Origin: Ramazzottius varieornatus
Taxonomy: Eukaryota > Animalia > Tardigrada
DNA length: 64,000 nt
NCBI GenBank assembly: GCA_001949185.1
Contig: BDGG01000001.1
Span: forward strand, 6,299,591 to 6,363,590
Direction of reading: 5' to 3'
Shown here: positions 47,790 to 61,225 of the stretch, one piece after another
Position numbering within the stretch: the first letter of the stretch is position 1
Layout: each line of letters opens with the position of its first letter
Made by a program: the position numbers and the translations under genes
Notes under the pieces: generated by a model
Database searches by the model: none
What the model was told of the DNA's origin: nothing
The model's input: the letters and a program-made list of their open reading frames with translations, nothing else

Positions 47790-49544
47790 TTATTCGTGGA
47801 GGAGAATTGGAGAGGAAATCTGGAAAGGCACAAGCAGGGCACCAGGGCAGGCAGAGAATAAGAAGATGAGAAATTGTTAAGTTAAGAAGTACAGGATGTC
47901 AAAGATGTCATACCATGTTACTCAATCAAATATCCAAATCAGCTGACTTGGATGGAACTCATGGAAGATATTTGACTTGATTGCGTCGCCCAGTCACAAG
48001 GCTACACGCGGACGAGAATGACAGCACATGCGTCCACGCCGCCCACGCGAGGTAATGTTGGAGTTGACCACCGGCCTCTGTCCAATCAAGAACGAAAATT
48101 ACGAGCCGGTCAGGTAGACCATAGACGTTGTTCAGCTTCTTCCAGTGGTATTTCTTCCAGACTTGCGGTCTTAAACTTGCACATGAAACCTGAAACGGCG
48201 TCCCTTTATTACCTGTACGACGAAGTGACTTCCCATGCGGCAGCGGAGGAGAAACGTCCTTGAATTACATAGGTGGGATTGATCTGCTGCTGCTCTTCAT
48301 TCCATTGTTAAGCCAGATCTCAGTGATTTTTCTGTATTCAACAGAAATGGACGATCAAAGACTTCAGGGATTTTCCAGTCAACTTAGTCCTTCGCAGCCC
48401 TAAAAATCAAGCTTGAATTTTCCCTTTGGCCCGGATAGGGACACTATAAAACGATCTCAGTTTGCCGGGGATGAATCATGAGGATCCTACGGCGAAAACG
48501 GTGACACCGGAGAATGGTAAAATCACTAAAATGACAGTCTGAATTCCAGCAGTCCTTGTAGGAAAAAGGAATGAAGTGGACAGAGCAGAAGTGTTTGCCT
48601 GTTTGGCCGTTGTTGACGACAGCTGGAGTCGTCTAAAGGAACGAGCCGAATGGATGGTGTCCATCTGGGAAGTGTGGTCGTTCATGCAACGAGTGTGACG
48701 ACCGACAAGAAGGGTACGTTACGCAGTGAGGAAGCTTCTGCAAGTCGAGGCAAAGGTAGCGCACCGTTTTCTCGAGCGTTCACCAAAGACACCCTGGAGA
48801 AACTGAGAAAGAAGAACCTGAACATTGTTGCCACCATCAACATGTTCGTTTCCCCTGCCGCCTACAGGAAAGAACTGGGTAGCAGGTAATGCCAGATATC
48901 AGCGGTGGTGCACCGCATCCTGTCAGCTTTGTCATCGACTAGACCATTTCTTCCTGGCTGAATCTTGATAACACTCAGAGTACTAAGGTTTTCGACTACA
49001 GACAGGATAAACTTGACGTTCTTTTGTAGTTTGTTTCTGCCTCCCGGTTTATTTCTGCCTTTTTTGAGTGCTTTGCTGTTTTCTGTTAATGAGAAGGAAA
49101 GTCGAATAAGTTTACTGTCGAAACGTTTCGTGTCGCAGTTGGTCGTACTGTAACGATTAAAGTCAGGGATGGGTCGGTATTGACATGTCAGTATAAATAA
49201 GACTAGAATAAGTCAGCAAGGAAACAAAACTTGTCGAACACCACAGCATGCACCGAAAGATCCAAAAGTAACGCGAATGTAGAATCTGGAAAGTAAGAGA
49301 GACAACCACCGCGGCATATTCATATCCAAGTAACGCAAATTCGACATCGAGTCAAACGAAAAGCGGAAAAATAGTCACAACAACAAACGCACGAAGTTAC
49401 AACCAAGAGTCGTCTCAGCTACAAACTGTGGAATTTTATCGCTAAATGATTTCAAAGTCTTGACCGAGCTCCACTTCCGCCTCCAAAGCAAGCAAATGCA
49501 GCGTTCTTCTGTTAAGCGTCAGTTTTCCTTCTCATAGCCCAGAC

Positions 49545-52530
49545 TCAGTCGCCAAGGTTCTTCAGGTCGCCCAAAAAGCTCTCCGGCGTAATGATATGCG
49601 TTGAACCTGCAAAGCAACCGTACTTCAGAGCTACAGTCACCGATAAAATTCACTACTCAGATCAAACTAGCCTAGGTTTGCTCCTTACCTATCAGAATTT
49701 CCCAGTTCTTAGCATTCTGAGTAACTTCGTATGCCGTCCTCATTTCAGCGTAAGTAACGCCTCCGACGATGAAAAAGATAAGGCGAGGTCCGCTGCGCAC
49801 CGAAGGTATGCTGGTTTTGTCTTTGTGCCAGTTTCCGTATCGCGCACTGCAACGAAGCACCATGTGCGTCACGCACATAGTCTCTCCAAATTTTGATCAA
49901 CTTCAGAACGACGGTGCAAGTCGCTCACCTGGTAGGAACTACACCACCCTGGGTATTCTGATGTCCAGGAAGGAACGGGAAGTGCTTGGCATCCAGGACC
50001 TTGGCGTCGGGCTTGCCTTCCACGGCGTCTTCCATCAAGTCCTTGATGATCGGCGTCCATCTCGACAGATCGAAGGTCTCGGCCGTGATTCGTTGCTTAC
50101 GGGTTGGCGTCCACTGCTTCCTCTTTAGTCCACTCTGCAAAGACAAGCCCATGAAACAAACCAGCCATCTTCCGTGTTACAACATGTCATGTCATATAAC
50201 GTCTAGTGACGTCACTTCCGGTTGGCCTTCTAAGCACGGTTCTTCGTTCCGAAACCAGAAGGACCAACGTCCGAATTTTCTGATCATACCCTTCATCCCA
50301 TAAGCCGATGCGAAGATATAGTGAAAAAGCGAAAGTCTTTGGTAACGAAAAATAATTTTGCAAGGGAGTAAAACGGTTGGATAAGCTTACGTCAGCGAGG
50401 ATATTGATACCCAGGTTCTGCATGTTCAGCACGATGTTCCTCTCTTCGCTAGACATCTGTGCGTGGTGGATCAGCTTGTTCAAGTTATCTTCCGGGATGC
50501 CGTTCTTTGAGAGAATGAAAAGCAGGATGATGCGAAGCTTGTCGAAGTTGGTGTAGTTCTGATCGAGCAGAATAGGCACGATCGCTCTCATCGGATCGCG
50601 AATCTTTTCACCTTCCGGCGTTTCACCCATAGCCAAATCCTACAGCATAATTCTAATATGAGCTCTTCTTCAGGTTTGCTCCAGAAGAAGAAGCAAAGGG
50701 ACGGGACATCGGCACTGACTTTAACACGATCGTTACTCTCAAGCGGCGCACACGTTCAGCCAGTAACAAACAAAACGTGCGCTACTTGAAGTAACGATCA
50801 TGTACAGTTCATTTGGCAACGTCCCAAAAGAAACAAAGAACCTGCCTGTTCAGCTCGACAGAGTCGTTCGATCTTCCTCGACTCGTACTGCTTCATGCAG
50901 TCTTCTGTCAAGTGGATATGTGTGGAATACTTGTTCAGTTCTTTCTGGTACTGTGGCATTTGTTTGATCATGAAGGAGAGATCTTTGATGTTCATCTTGT
51001 CCGTGTTCTTCTGATTAGCCTCCAGGAACTTTTTCATACCAGCAGTAATATTTCTGCAAGAAAGAGTCACTATATTAGACAGAGGTACCACTGAGAAGAA
51101 TATTCAACTTCTAAAGTTTGGGAGCGCGCCGAACAAACTCCACAGGATTGTTTTTCTCAAGTGGCACACTGTTCCAGCCAACAACACTGAAAACATGCGC
51201 CACTTGGAAAAGCAACGCAACAACTCAACAGGATCGTTTCCTTCAAGCAGCGCACATTTTCATTGTTGTTGGCTGGAAGCGGGCGCCACTTGGAACATGA
51301 TGTCGAGTTTCTTTACCATGTCCCATTTTCAATTTACATACTTGGTGACTTTGGCAATGTGGTTGTGACGATACTGCACCCAAATGTCGTCGTTCTCGTC
51401 CAGCAAAATCTCCTTCTCCCGCACATCGTTACTGCCGGTCGTCTCATACTTGTACACGTCGTTCTCGATCGGCAGCAGGTCGTAGACCATAGCTTGCAGT
51501 GTCAGCTCGTGCAGCAGCGGAGTGACCAAGTCAAACGCCCGATCCACAATGATCAGCTGCGAACGTGACTTGTCCGGACCCTGAAACCCACAAGACATTT
51601 CAACAGCTACTTCAGTACTGTTTCAGCTGGTTAGCAGAGAAACTACGGACCTCGCCCATGGTTGGATCGTCAGCCTTGTAAGCTTCCAGCTTTTGATGAA
51701 CCAGCTGAGCCAGCTCAACGTTCCTATCGTAATCAGCGCGGTAACGAATGCCCGGATATTCTCCCAGAGTGGCACACAACGTGGCGATCTGTTCGGCCAG
51801 GCGTTCCATGGCTTGATTACGCCCAGACTGTTTCAGCGGATTGTAGAAGTACTGGAATGTTTCGGGACTATCGAGTGAAAACACCTGTAAAATTTAACGC
51901 GATTTAGTCACTGAAGCGATTCGTAGGATAGAACCTTGATTACCTGGGATTCGTAAGGAAGAAACGCAATATTGACTTCCTTCAGTGTCTTGATGAATTT
52001 GGAGGAGATGGACTTGCACATATGGTTGAAGAGCTCATCGGGACAAGCTTCCGTCAAGAAAATGTGAGCTGCTTTGTACTGATGGTTCAGAGGATTCTCG
52101 AAGTCTTTGATGAGAAGCTCGACAGACTTTTCTGTGGGTGTCATCAAGTAGATGGCCTCCATGTTGACCAGAGGCTCGCGACGCTTGTTCAAATCCTCCA
52201 CGACTACGAAGAACCATGGATGATAAACTAATTTGTTTGACAGATTAGTATGACGCACAGAGAAACTCATGCTCAGCGCCGCATTTAGAACAGTATATCT
52301 TACTGGTGATTCCTTCGTTCATGATATCGTGCATCTTGACGCAGGAACTGATCATCCGCATACTGAGTTGATCTACTACAAGCACCTTCCATTTCCCCTT
52401 CTCTTTGACGGAGCGAAGCACGTCCGAAAGAATCTCTGGAAAGGGTAGAAGTTTTGTAACAGAGTTACTTTGTAACAGAGTTTTCTTTACGAACAGACTT
52501 ACTCTGCCCAACAATCGCCTTCAACGACAT
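49545..52530 (-). CDS. STXBP1: Syntaxin-binding protein (Munc18-1/unc-18/Rop)
   Basis: [113 protein letters not shown]. Multi-exon. Confidence 0.96.
50740..50788. repeat. 49-bp dyad repeat family, copy 5 (STXBP1 intron)
   Basis: CAAGCGGCGCAC-N25-GTGCGCTACTTG. Confidence 0.85.
51158..51292. repeat. 49-bp dyad repeat family, copies 6 and 7 (STXBP1 intron)
   Basis: CAAGTGGCACAC-N25-ATGCGCCACTTG (51158-51206) and CAAGCAGCGCAC-N25-GGGCGCCACTTG (51244-51292), opposite orientation. Confidence 0.85.
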
Positions 52531-53719
52531 GCTGGCCGATAATCCGAGGTGGAAATATTACAGAATATCGTCTCTTTGATGAGAGAAGGAGTGGTCCAGT
52601 ACTGGTAGTTACCAGGGGGTATTCCTGAACGATAGAAATTTCAAATAAAAATGCATCTATCATCGAAAGGCATCTATCATTCCGTCTCCCCTTTTCCTCA
52701 CGTCAGCAGCCCAAGACCAACAAACGACGTCGATGGAATGATGAGGAGTATCGATTATCGGCTTCCCCTGTCTATGGAGCACCAAGGGCTTTCTCGGGAC
52801 TCGCGAGAATGACAGAAGATAAGGATGAAGCTGGAACAGCGAGACGGCATGCAAAAGAAATCCATTGCCCATTCAAATTCCAAAACATTGGCCTAATGTA
52901 GAGAGTCGAGTCAGCAAGTACAGCTCAGTTGATATTACGCAGTGGAACAACAGTATTACATCGGTTATCCATGACATCATACACAGCATTTTTGAACGGT
53001 CTGGAGGTTAAGGCGTGGGGGGTTCGCGATAAACAATCAACCGAACTGGGCCGTATAAGCGATCCATATCGTTCCTGTTCGGTGCACGTTGTTCGCACTG
53101 AGTCAGTCTTCCTAGTGAAAGTAGTAATGTTAGACGGTAGACCGCACCTTGTTCTCCACGTTCCGTTGCAGATCCAGGGCGCATGTTCCTCTGGTTCCTC
53201 AAATTTATCGCAACTCCGCATTTGTCCGCAATCGCCATTTTTGTCTTCCGAAAATCTTGGTCGTCGTCGTTCGTCAAGAAAGTTCGAAGGTTGCATCCTC
53301 CAGATCTCTTCCAGCTTTTAGGTTTCAAGGAGCGTCGAACTGCAGGACTAAAGGGAAAGAGGACTACAGAGTGGCTTTCAGCTTCGTTTTCCGGATCCTG
53401 ATCAGTGTCGACGTTTAAAGGTCTGTTCATTTATCGCTGTTCCACTTGTGACCATATCTCCATAATTTCGAAACTTTCAACGCATCTTGCTCCCTCCAAA
53501 GGCAGTTTCCGTCTCATCCTTCGTCAGGTATGTGCAGGCCTGAGTAACGGCATTTTCTTATAGGCGGTACCTTTTAGGTGCGAAAGATGGACGTCGCCTG
53601 CATTCGAAGGAGTCCTCGTTGATTTTTTTGCCCGCTTGCTGCTGCCTGTTTTGCTTTCATTTCTTTCAGTTTGATGGCTTACGTTTTGACTTGGCTTTCA
53701 GGTTGCTTTGCTTGGTGAA

Positions 53720-56700
53720 ATGGCTTCTGAGGAGGATAACGGTAACGCCGCAGGGAACGGAGAAACTGTGAAGAAGGAGACGTCTTCGTCGTCGGATTCC
53801 GAGCGAGACAAGGCTTTAAACAGTAGCCAGATCACCAACAGTGAAGATGCAAAGATGGTCAAAGCCCGTATTTTCGTCGGGAATCTTCCAGCCGATCTTC
53901 GCACGGAAAAGGGGGAACTTTACGACAAGTTTATCAAACATGGACGTATCTTAGGTAATTCTGAGCAAAGCTGTACGCGAATGTCACTTCTTCGATGACA
54001 ACCAACGACTGTGGTCCAATCAACCTTTCACGTGTAACGCTCAAGAATGACGTCGCACGTTGTAAGTCTACGCAGGTGGTTTTATAAGCAGAGAGACGGG
54101 AGAAGTCTGTCTGACATAACGCTGTCTTTCTGCCTGTCGTCGTCAGACTGTGCACACTTCCAACTTTCCAAGTTCCCTGACTTTTCTTCTGATCTTAAGC
54201 TTCTTTCGGGCTTGAGGAGAGCTTCACTAAAGGTGTAAGCCCGCTTGAAATTGCTTTAGGAACGAACATCTTCCAAAGCTTCAGGCAAAAGTCGAAGAAA
54301 TGGCGTGACATCATCTTCATGGTCGCTTTCTTGAGTCTTCTAGCTTGGCAAGAAGAACAAGAAAGGGCATGGTTGGCTTCAGCTGTGTCTTTTTTCCCTT
54401 TACTTCTGTCTTTCTTCCTTGAAATCTCCGACGCGGGGCTGAGCAGTGGTTTAACGGGTTTAACGGAGTGTTGTACCTTTACAGGCGTGTCAATACACAA
54501 TCGCTTTGCCTTTGTGCAGTTCGAGACCGAGGAGGACGCCAAGTCGGCGGTGAAGGCTGAGAACCATTCCGAGTTCCGGTCAGCTCGCTTGGGTAGGTGA
54601 TTGTGTTAGCTGGGATTTCCTCTTTGTAGCAGAGAAGACTTGCTGCTGCTGCCCTGTTTCCTTCCTTTCCCTTCACCTGACATGTAATTCCATGCAGTTG
54701 TTCGTGCAGAATTGAAAATGGCCATCGAAGGACGCCAGAACCGTGACAATAACAGGGACAAACGCCCGCGTAGTCGTTCTCCCATGGACCGTCGTGATCG
54801 TGACAGGGACCGTGATAGCCGAGACCGCCGACGAGACAGCCGCGACCGACGCGCTGACAGGTACGAAAGACTGTTTCTTTTATCGGGTATTCGGCAAAAA
54901 ATCTGCAAGAGGGTTTTCTCAAGTGGCGTACTCTCTCAGTCAAATGGACTAAACGCGTGCGTCACTTGAAAAAGCAAACAAACTCGATCCGCTTGTTTTT
55001 CAAGTTGCGCACTCGTTTAGCCGCTGACGATGACAAAGTGCGCGAAGCAACGAAACGCAACAAGATCGTTTCCCCAAGTGGCGCACTTTTGTACTGATGT
55101 TGGCGGGAAGACTGCGCCACATCGACAGACGATCTGGTTAATTTGTTTGTCCAGCTCCCTTTTTAGTTTTTCGCTGGTGGAGCTCGCTACTAATGTCTGT
55201 ATTGCAGTCGAGATCGCTACTCAAGGAATCGTTCTCCACCGCCATACGTTCCTTCAGCCGTCGAAGATCGCTTTTGTCATCCACGAACCTTTGGCGCGAA
55301 CGACGTGGAGATTATCGTCATCCGGAAACAGCAAGGGTAAGCCTTTCTTACTTGTCAGTTGTAGTTTCTAATGGATTGTAGTTTCTAGTGGATTGGAAGC
55401 TCGTTTTTTAGTGCTAACTTTGTTTACAGGCAGTACGCGGAGGGTATCCTGAAGCGGTTGAGCGACCGGAAGTTGTCGGCCAACATGCTGTTCCTGTCGG
55501 AGACTGCGCCGTTGGAAGGTGCCGTGGCGGAGTTCGGTCGATGTGGTACCCACTATGTCATCACAGTCATGCCTAGGCATGAAGAAACTCGTGCCATCAC
55601 TATCAACATGTTTGAAGGCAACGATGTCCCCAAGATCTACCGCAACATCAACGTGGACGATGGCTGCGATGTCATCGCCGGACATTTCCGGGACCACTTT
55701 CCCGCACTACTTCGTAAGAGAACAAACTCAAAAACGATCAAAATAACCAGACTAGCGGAGAACGTTTGATCCAGCGAATGCAGTAGGAGAAGAAAGACAC
55801 TTTGATTATTTTGGAAGTTTCGAGACGGAGCAGCATAAAATGTTCCGCCGCGCCGTGCACCTGCATACCTCCAGTTGCATGCTTGCTGGGACTTTAGAGT
55901 ATGCAGGTGGGGGTGGTGGACGCGTTTGACCTGCCGTCCTTTTACTGGGGATTGGGAAACTGCTCTCATGGTAGTTTATGTTGTCGTCTTGCAGGTTTAC
56001 GTCAGGCCGAAGCTCAGGGCCCTCACTTCTACCCGCAGGCTCCTGCTGAGGTAGTTAGGACGCTAAACAGGGTGGCAGAGTTGTGTGCAGTGCCGACCAG
56101 CAGTCTTGATGCCACGCTGAGGTACCTGCAAGAAATGCGTGACCGAACAGCACAGTGGGAAGGCTTGTCCACTTCGTCGTCCATGTCGATGCCAGGGCAG
56201 AACGCTTACCGAGGTGCCGATATGGATACAGGTACGTACTATTCTCTCGCGGCTTCAATGTCCAGTAAAGGTTATTCCACGAGGCTAGATCATGACCAAA
56301 TTGTCGGTTGTTTTTGTGAACAGGCAAGGCTTACGGAATGACAGACATGACAGGAGGTCGAAGTTCCAATGGTGTCGGTGGTGGCGCAGTTCTGGGTGCC
56401 GACGCCGCTGCAGGTGACAGTATCCGAGAGTCGCTCTTAGGCCTCCTGAAAGCTACCAGTTTCAGCATGAACGGCGCAGCTAACGTTGGCGTAGGTCTAG
56501 CTGGTGCTTATCCAGGAGCTCCCGCTGCCGGAGCGTATGGTGGGTACGGAGCAGCTGGCTCCCAGGCAGTCACGGCAGGTTTGTCAGCCGATCCCATCAT
56601 CCAGAAAGCGCTGGCGAGTCTCGTTGGTACAGGCTTGCTGAACCAGGCCCCTACAGGTCCTTCTCCCACGCAGACACCTCAGACACAAAACAGCCAGAAT

Positions 56701-57402
56701 AGCCAGAGTAACAATATCCCAGCCAGTTATCGTAGTTCCAGTACCAGTCAGGTGGCGGATGAGAATGGCGGCGGTGGTTACAGTAGCCAGTCGGCCGGTG
56801 GGCGCAGCTCCGACTACAGCAGTGCAAGCGCTGGTGGGCGTAGCGCCGACTATGGCTCACAGAGTGTGGGTGGGCGCAGTGCCGACTATAGCAACCAGAG
56901 CGTCGGTGGGCGCAGCGTCGACAATGGCTACAACACACAAGGTGGCGGTGGCGGAGCTGATATCAGTGGTGGCTATGGTGGCGGACAGAGCGGTGTGACG
57001 GGCGGTCGGGCCAGTTACGGAACGGCAGGTGGCGGTACAGTCGGTTATGGTGGACAACAGGCAGGTGGATATGGATCAACGGGAAGTGGTGGCGGTGGTA
57101 ACCAGGTCAATTCAGCATATGGTGGCGGTGGGGCTGGTCAGGCGGGTTCGGCCTATGGTAGCGGTGGTGGACAGGCAACGGGTGGCTACTCTAGCCAGCA
57201 GAGCGGCGGGTATGGCGTCGGTGGAGGACAGAATATCACCAGGACGATTGCAGGGACGAACGCCGATAGGGCACCGCAACCCGCGGCGTATGCTGGCATG
57301 AACGCGGCGGTGGGAGGATACCAGCAGCAGCAACAGGGGCAGCAAGGCCAGACGGGACTGCAGAGGGGACAACCGACGGGAGCGTATGCGGCAAGACGCT
57401 GA
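53720..57402 (+). CDS. NCOA5: Nuclear receptor coactivator 5-like protein (RRM, RD-rich tract, alpha/beta domain, long G/S/Y/Q tail)
   Basis: ITNSEDAKMVKARIFVGNL and FAFVQF (hnRNP C/NCOA5-type RRM), RSRSPMDRRDRDRD, DVEIIVI..QYAE.I.KRL..LFL..ITINM...RNI (invertebrate NCOA5 pattern). Multi-exon. Confidence 0.8.
54920..55123. repeat. 49-bp dyad repeat family, copies 8-10 (NCOA5 intron)
   Basis: 54920-54968, 55001-55049 and 55075-55123. All have a 25-bp spacer; the right arms of the last two are degenerate. Confidence 0.8.
56779..56922 (+). repeat. Coding 36-bp tandem repeat x4 (Y-S/G-x-x-S-A/V-GGRS-x-D)
   Basis: YSSQSAGGRSSD YSSASAGGRSAD YGSQSVGGRSAD YSNQSVGGRSVD. Confidence 0.9.
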
Positions 57403-58429
57403 CAGGGACGGAAAAACTTGTTTAGGTGGTAGGTATGAGGTTTGAGCTTTTGGGAGAAGTATCGTTCCAGGGAGGAACTGCGTTGCTTGTTCGGGTGGAT
57501 AGGCTGTACTATTGTTTCTCCTTTTCTCTTTCATTTGATTTGTTTGATCATTGTGTACACTTTAGAACGTACTTCCTTCTTTGTTGCCGATATTTTTCCC
57601 ACTAACTGAAGAACCAGCCTTGAGCTTTTGTTATTTTTTCGCGATGCTGTAAGGTATGCGCTGGAAACTCGAACGCAAAATACGACTACAAACACCTAAA
57701 CTGATTATGTATATTTACATCATGTGCATTTGTATTCAGCAGAGTGCCTTTGACCGCTGGCCCCTAACTGCGGTTTGGTGACAAGATGTCAGGCAAAGCA
57801 ATGGAAAATTTTCGACCCGGACGACACGATCAGAATTGGGTGATAGTGACATATCTGGTCATTCTGGTGGTGTACACGACATGAAAAGGACGGTTTGTCG
57901 ACGTGAATTATGAAGATTTTAACGCAGTGCCAAAGCCAAATATCAACTAGCGCTTGAGCAGCAAGCTCTGGAGTATGGGAACACTGAGGCACATTCCTTA
58001 GTGAAGCACGGCCCTTATTGAAGCACGGCCTTAATCCTCGGCACAGACTTGGCTACGGCACGACCTTGATCACAACAAATAAACTCATAAACTTAATTCA
58101 ATCTCAACCGAAAGTGACGTAGACTGAAACCACGTGAACAGCAATGACGTCACTATCATTAGGAAGGACATCTATTAGCCTCGACAATCTAGTCAACGGC
58201 CTCCTCATGTTCAGAGGAATTACAACACTGTATCAGGTATAAAAACGAATCAGTTGAGCACCAAAGAGAAGTATCGTTGGAAGACACACTAAGATGGCAG
58301 GAGAATTCTCCTCTTCGAAGAGCAGGTAGTCACATTCGAGCAAAACCGTACAATCAACTGAGACACTATGGTTAGTATGGTATACAGTGAGGTTAAACAT
58401 GAGAGCAGGTCGTCATTCGGTTTCTCGAA

Positions 58430-59106
58430 GTCGCTCCTCAGTTGAGTCCATGACGCCGCGTACAGTCTTGCGTGTCGGTAAAGGCGCTCGGTGATTTAGA
58501 TGATGAATCAAGTCGTGGAAGCTCTCGTCGTCCATTCAGTGTCATGGATGGCAACCGCAAAACATGGAGAACAACTTTCTGAAGTGTACTGTTGTCCCTG
58601 CAAACAATGATCAGAAATCAGAATTTGCAAATCGGAGTGGCCGAATCAGTCGATCAATCAGTTTACCTTGGATGGTTTTATTGTACGGCTTTCTTGATTG
58701 AGCCATCTGTTCGAGCGTTACTTGTTTGAAGGAAACGCCCGAAACGGAATCCTTCTCCTTTTCAGCGTTTTTGCCAATAGTTCGAGGTTTTCGTTGTAGG
58801 CTGCTGGATGCTTCTGCAGATGGACTCTGTTACCTCCAGCAGAGCAGCCGGTAAGTTGTTTCGAACCTTGAACGTCGAATGGTCGCCTTCTTCGTCATAT
58901 TCGAAGAAATTCCAAACTGGCAAGTTCTTCTTCCTTCCCCCTGCAGACTTCTTTAAATTTAGAACTCTAACATTTGGAGTACCAATAGAAATACTCAGCT
59001 CACTGGCAACAGATGGTGACGGTGGAGGAACGCAATTATCGGAGAATGTGGTCAAGTCCACGACGGATTCTTTGGAAGACGTGCTCGTGGAAGGCTTCTT
59101 ACCCAT
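58430..59106 (-). pseudogene. hAT transposase / BED-finger relic
   Basis: GGRKKNLPVWNFFEY (BED finger start), KQVTLEQM..KPY, DDESFHDLIHHLNHRAPLPTRKTV (hAT-like LP.R.T motif). Frameshifted, with no catalytic region seen. Confidence 0.65.
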
Positions 59107-60564
59107 CTTCTGCGTGTCGGCCTTACGCTGTCTCTTGTTCTAATTCTTGACCATGGTTGAGATGCCAGTATGAAAACTTGGAGCAACACAGATTAGCGGT
59201 GGATTCTGAACGTGTCACAAAGTCATTCAAAAACTCTTCGGCTTCACTTCCGGCGATGCTTTGCGAATCTTTCTCCTTCTCAAATCAACGATCACTAATA
59301 CGCAATCGTAAGAGGAGGACTGCAAAAATAAGCCCCGATGTGCCAGCCTCTGAATGCGCTATAGTCCGGGGCGAATTGGCGATCCAGGCTTGACGTGACA
59401 GCTTCAGATTTAACCGGCGCACTTGAACTTGCAATTTTGCGGTACTAATGCGCAATTCAAATCGACCGTAGTGTCTTGTTCCGATTACGCTTATTTTAGT
59501 TAAGCCCTTGTACGATAGAATTACGAATTGAAATACTCTGATCGTTTTTCAATTGAATTTGGATTCCAAATATGTTGGCAAAAGGTTCTCAATTTGAATT
59601 GTTGTGTCGGAATTCCAAAAAGGCCAAAATCAGCCATTTCCAAATATGTATTACAATAATCGGAACAACACTGAATGCATAACCTTAGGCCGATAGGGCT
59701 GTGTCGATTGTAGGAACCAAGGCTTAATTGTAATACTAGAGTGGGCGAGATGGCCGTCTGCAGGACCATGGGAACTTGTGGCAAATAAACGGCGGGCAAG
59801 CTGACTGAAACTTAATCTAAAAGATCATTCTGGTGAAGCAATTAAGCAATTATGTATTCTAAAGGTACGCCTACAGCGGGGTCGTGTATGGTACTGTAGT
59901 GCTCCTGAATTAACGCACACTCAATCACGTGATGATCACGTTGCCCAGCATGATCAGATTTTATCGGCGTAGTCTGTCTGACCCGGGCATCATTTGCTGC
60001 TCACCTGGTTAAGTGCGCGTTGATTTATGGCCACTACAGGAATATGAAAGGATCGTACCGTATTCCACTTTAGACGTACAATCACGATGGGAAATCATGA
60101 AACAGGCGGAAAGGACGGCAAAATGAGAAATCGGCCAAAAACGAGTCGAAAAGGATACTGTGGATCAGTCGCGTATGTACGTGCTTCCGTAACGCCGTAG
60201 CGAAAAGGTCTGTCTCATAATTTCCCATCGTACGTGTACAAAAGGTCAAGCTTAAAATGCTGAATGGGCCTAGCACTGTACGCTTCACGAGTTGATTGGT
60301 ATCAATTGCACACTTAGCAATTACAGCAAACTTCTTCGCTCAATGGACTATTTTTGTGTGACCCTGCTTTCTGCCTTTGGGTGATGTCATACGCCGAACA
60401 GCCTACCACCGGTCCCACCGGAGCGCGGTGCCCAGGAATTTCTTATAAGGTCAGGGCTTACCGATAATTCTTCAGGGGCTCAGCTCTACAAAATTTTATC
60501 TGGAGTAAAAAGATGATCTGGAGTAAGATGAGTAATATTCAATAGTTCTCACGAATAAAAAGGT

Positions 60565-61225
60565 AGACCAAAGGCATCAGTCAAGGAAGACAAGCCATCG
60601 TTCATCACAGGATTAGAAGCACGCAAGATGACAAAGGACCAAACCACAGTGCCAAAGAGATACAACAGGTTGTTACAGAAGAGTTAGCAGGTGGTAGCTT
60701 TATAATCGGCAATCTCGATGTTCTTCCACAACATCGCCCATTCTTCTCCCTCTTGGTCATTTTCTCGATACTGTATGCTGCAGCTGCTTGTTGATCTGCC
60801 GGGCGATTCCCACTTCACGTTTCTGGGCGAGGCGATGCTTCGGGCCAGACTTGGTATTCTTGGTAGACGTAGGCATCAACCAGGCGGCCGCAGCAGACAA
60901 CAAGATGTACGCCAACCAGTACACCGACCAGTCCATTTGGTGATACTGTATTACCTCCCATAATTTGCGAACGTCACTCGAGCAGAATCAACACTAACGG
61001 CATGAGTGCCGTCCGCATCAAAGTCAATTAGGCTCTAGTGATGTACACAAGTCATGGGAGGATGATCACCGGGTACTCCGTCCATGCCGTGCGCTGATGC
61101 TAGTGCGTTGAAGGCAAAATAGTTATTGTACTGCCTACAGTGTTGGTTGAACATAGTCACCACAAACAAGGCAATCTGAAGAGCAAGTACCTTGGGAAGA
61201 TCATTCAACCCTTCTTCGACTTTCA
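60565..61225 (-). pseudogene. SSR3: Translocon-associated protein gamma pseudogene
   Basis: YHQMD..., KNTK..PKHRLAQKRE.GIARQI, KMTKREK, LWKNIEIADYKATT, *LFCNNLLYL, FVILRASNPVMN match TRAP-gamma (KHKVAQKRE, LWKKNEVADYEATT, FYNN, NPTVNY). Contains frameshifts and a stop. Confidence 0.85.

Noticed and set aside
48471-48889. Interrupted plus-strand reading frame between the WH gene and STXBP1
   Set aside because: Contains stops and no identifiable family motif.
18441-55123. Constant-length spacers between repeats suggesting a CRISPR array
   Set aside because: The arms are inverted rather than direct, copies are dispersed in eukaryotic introns, spacers are related to each other, and no cas genes are present.
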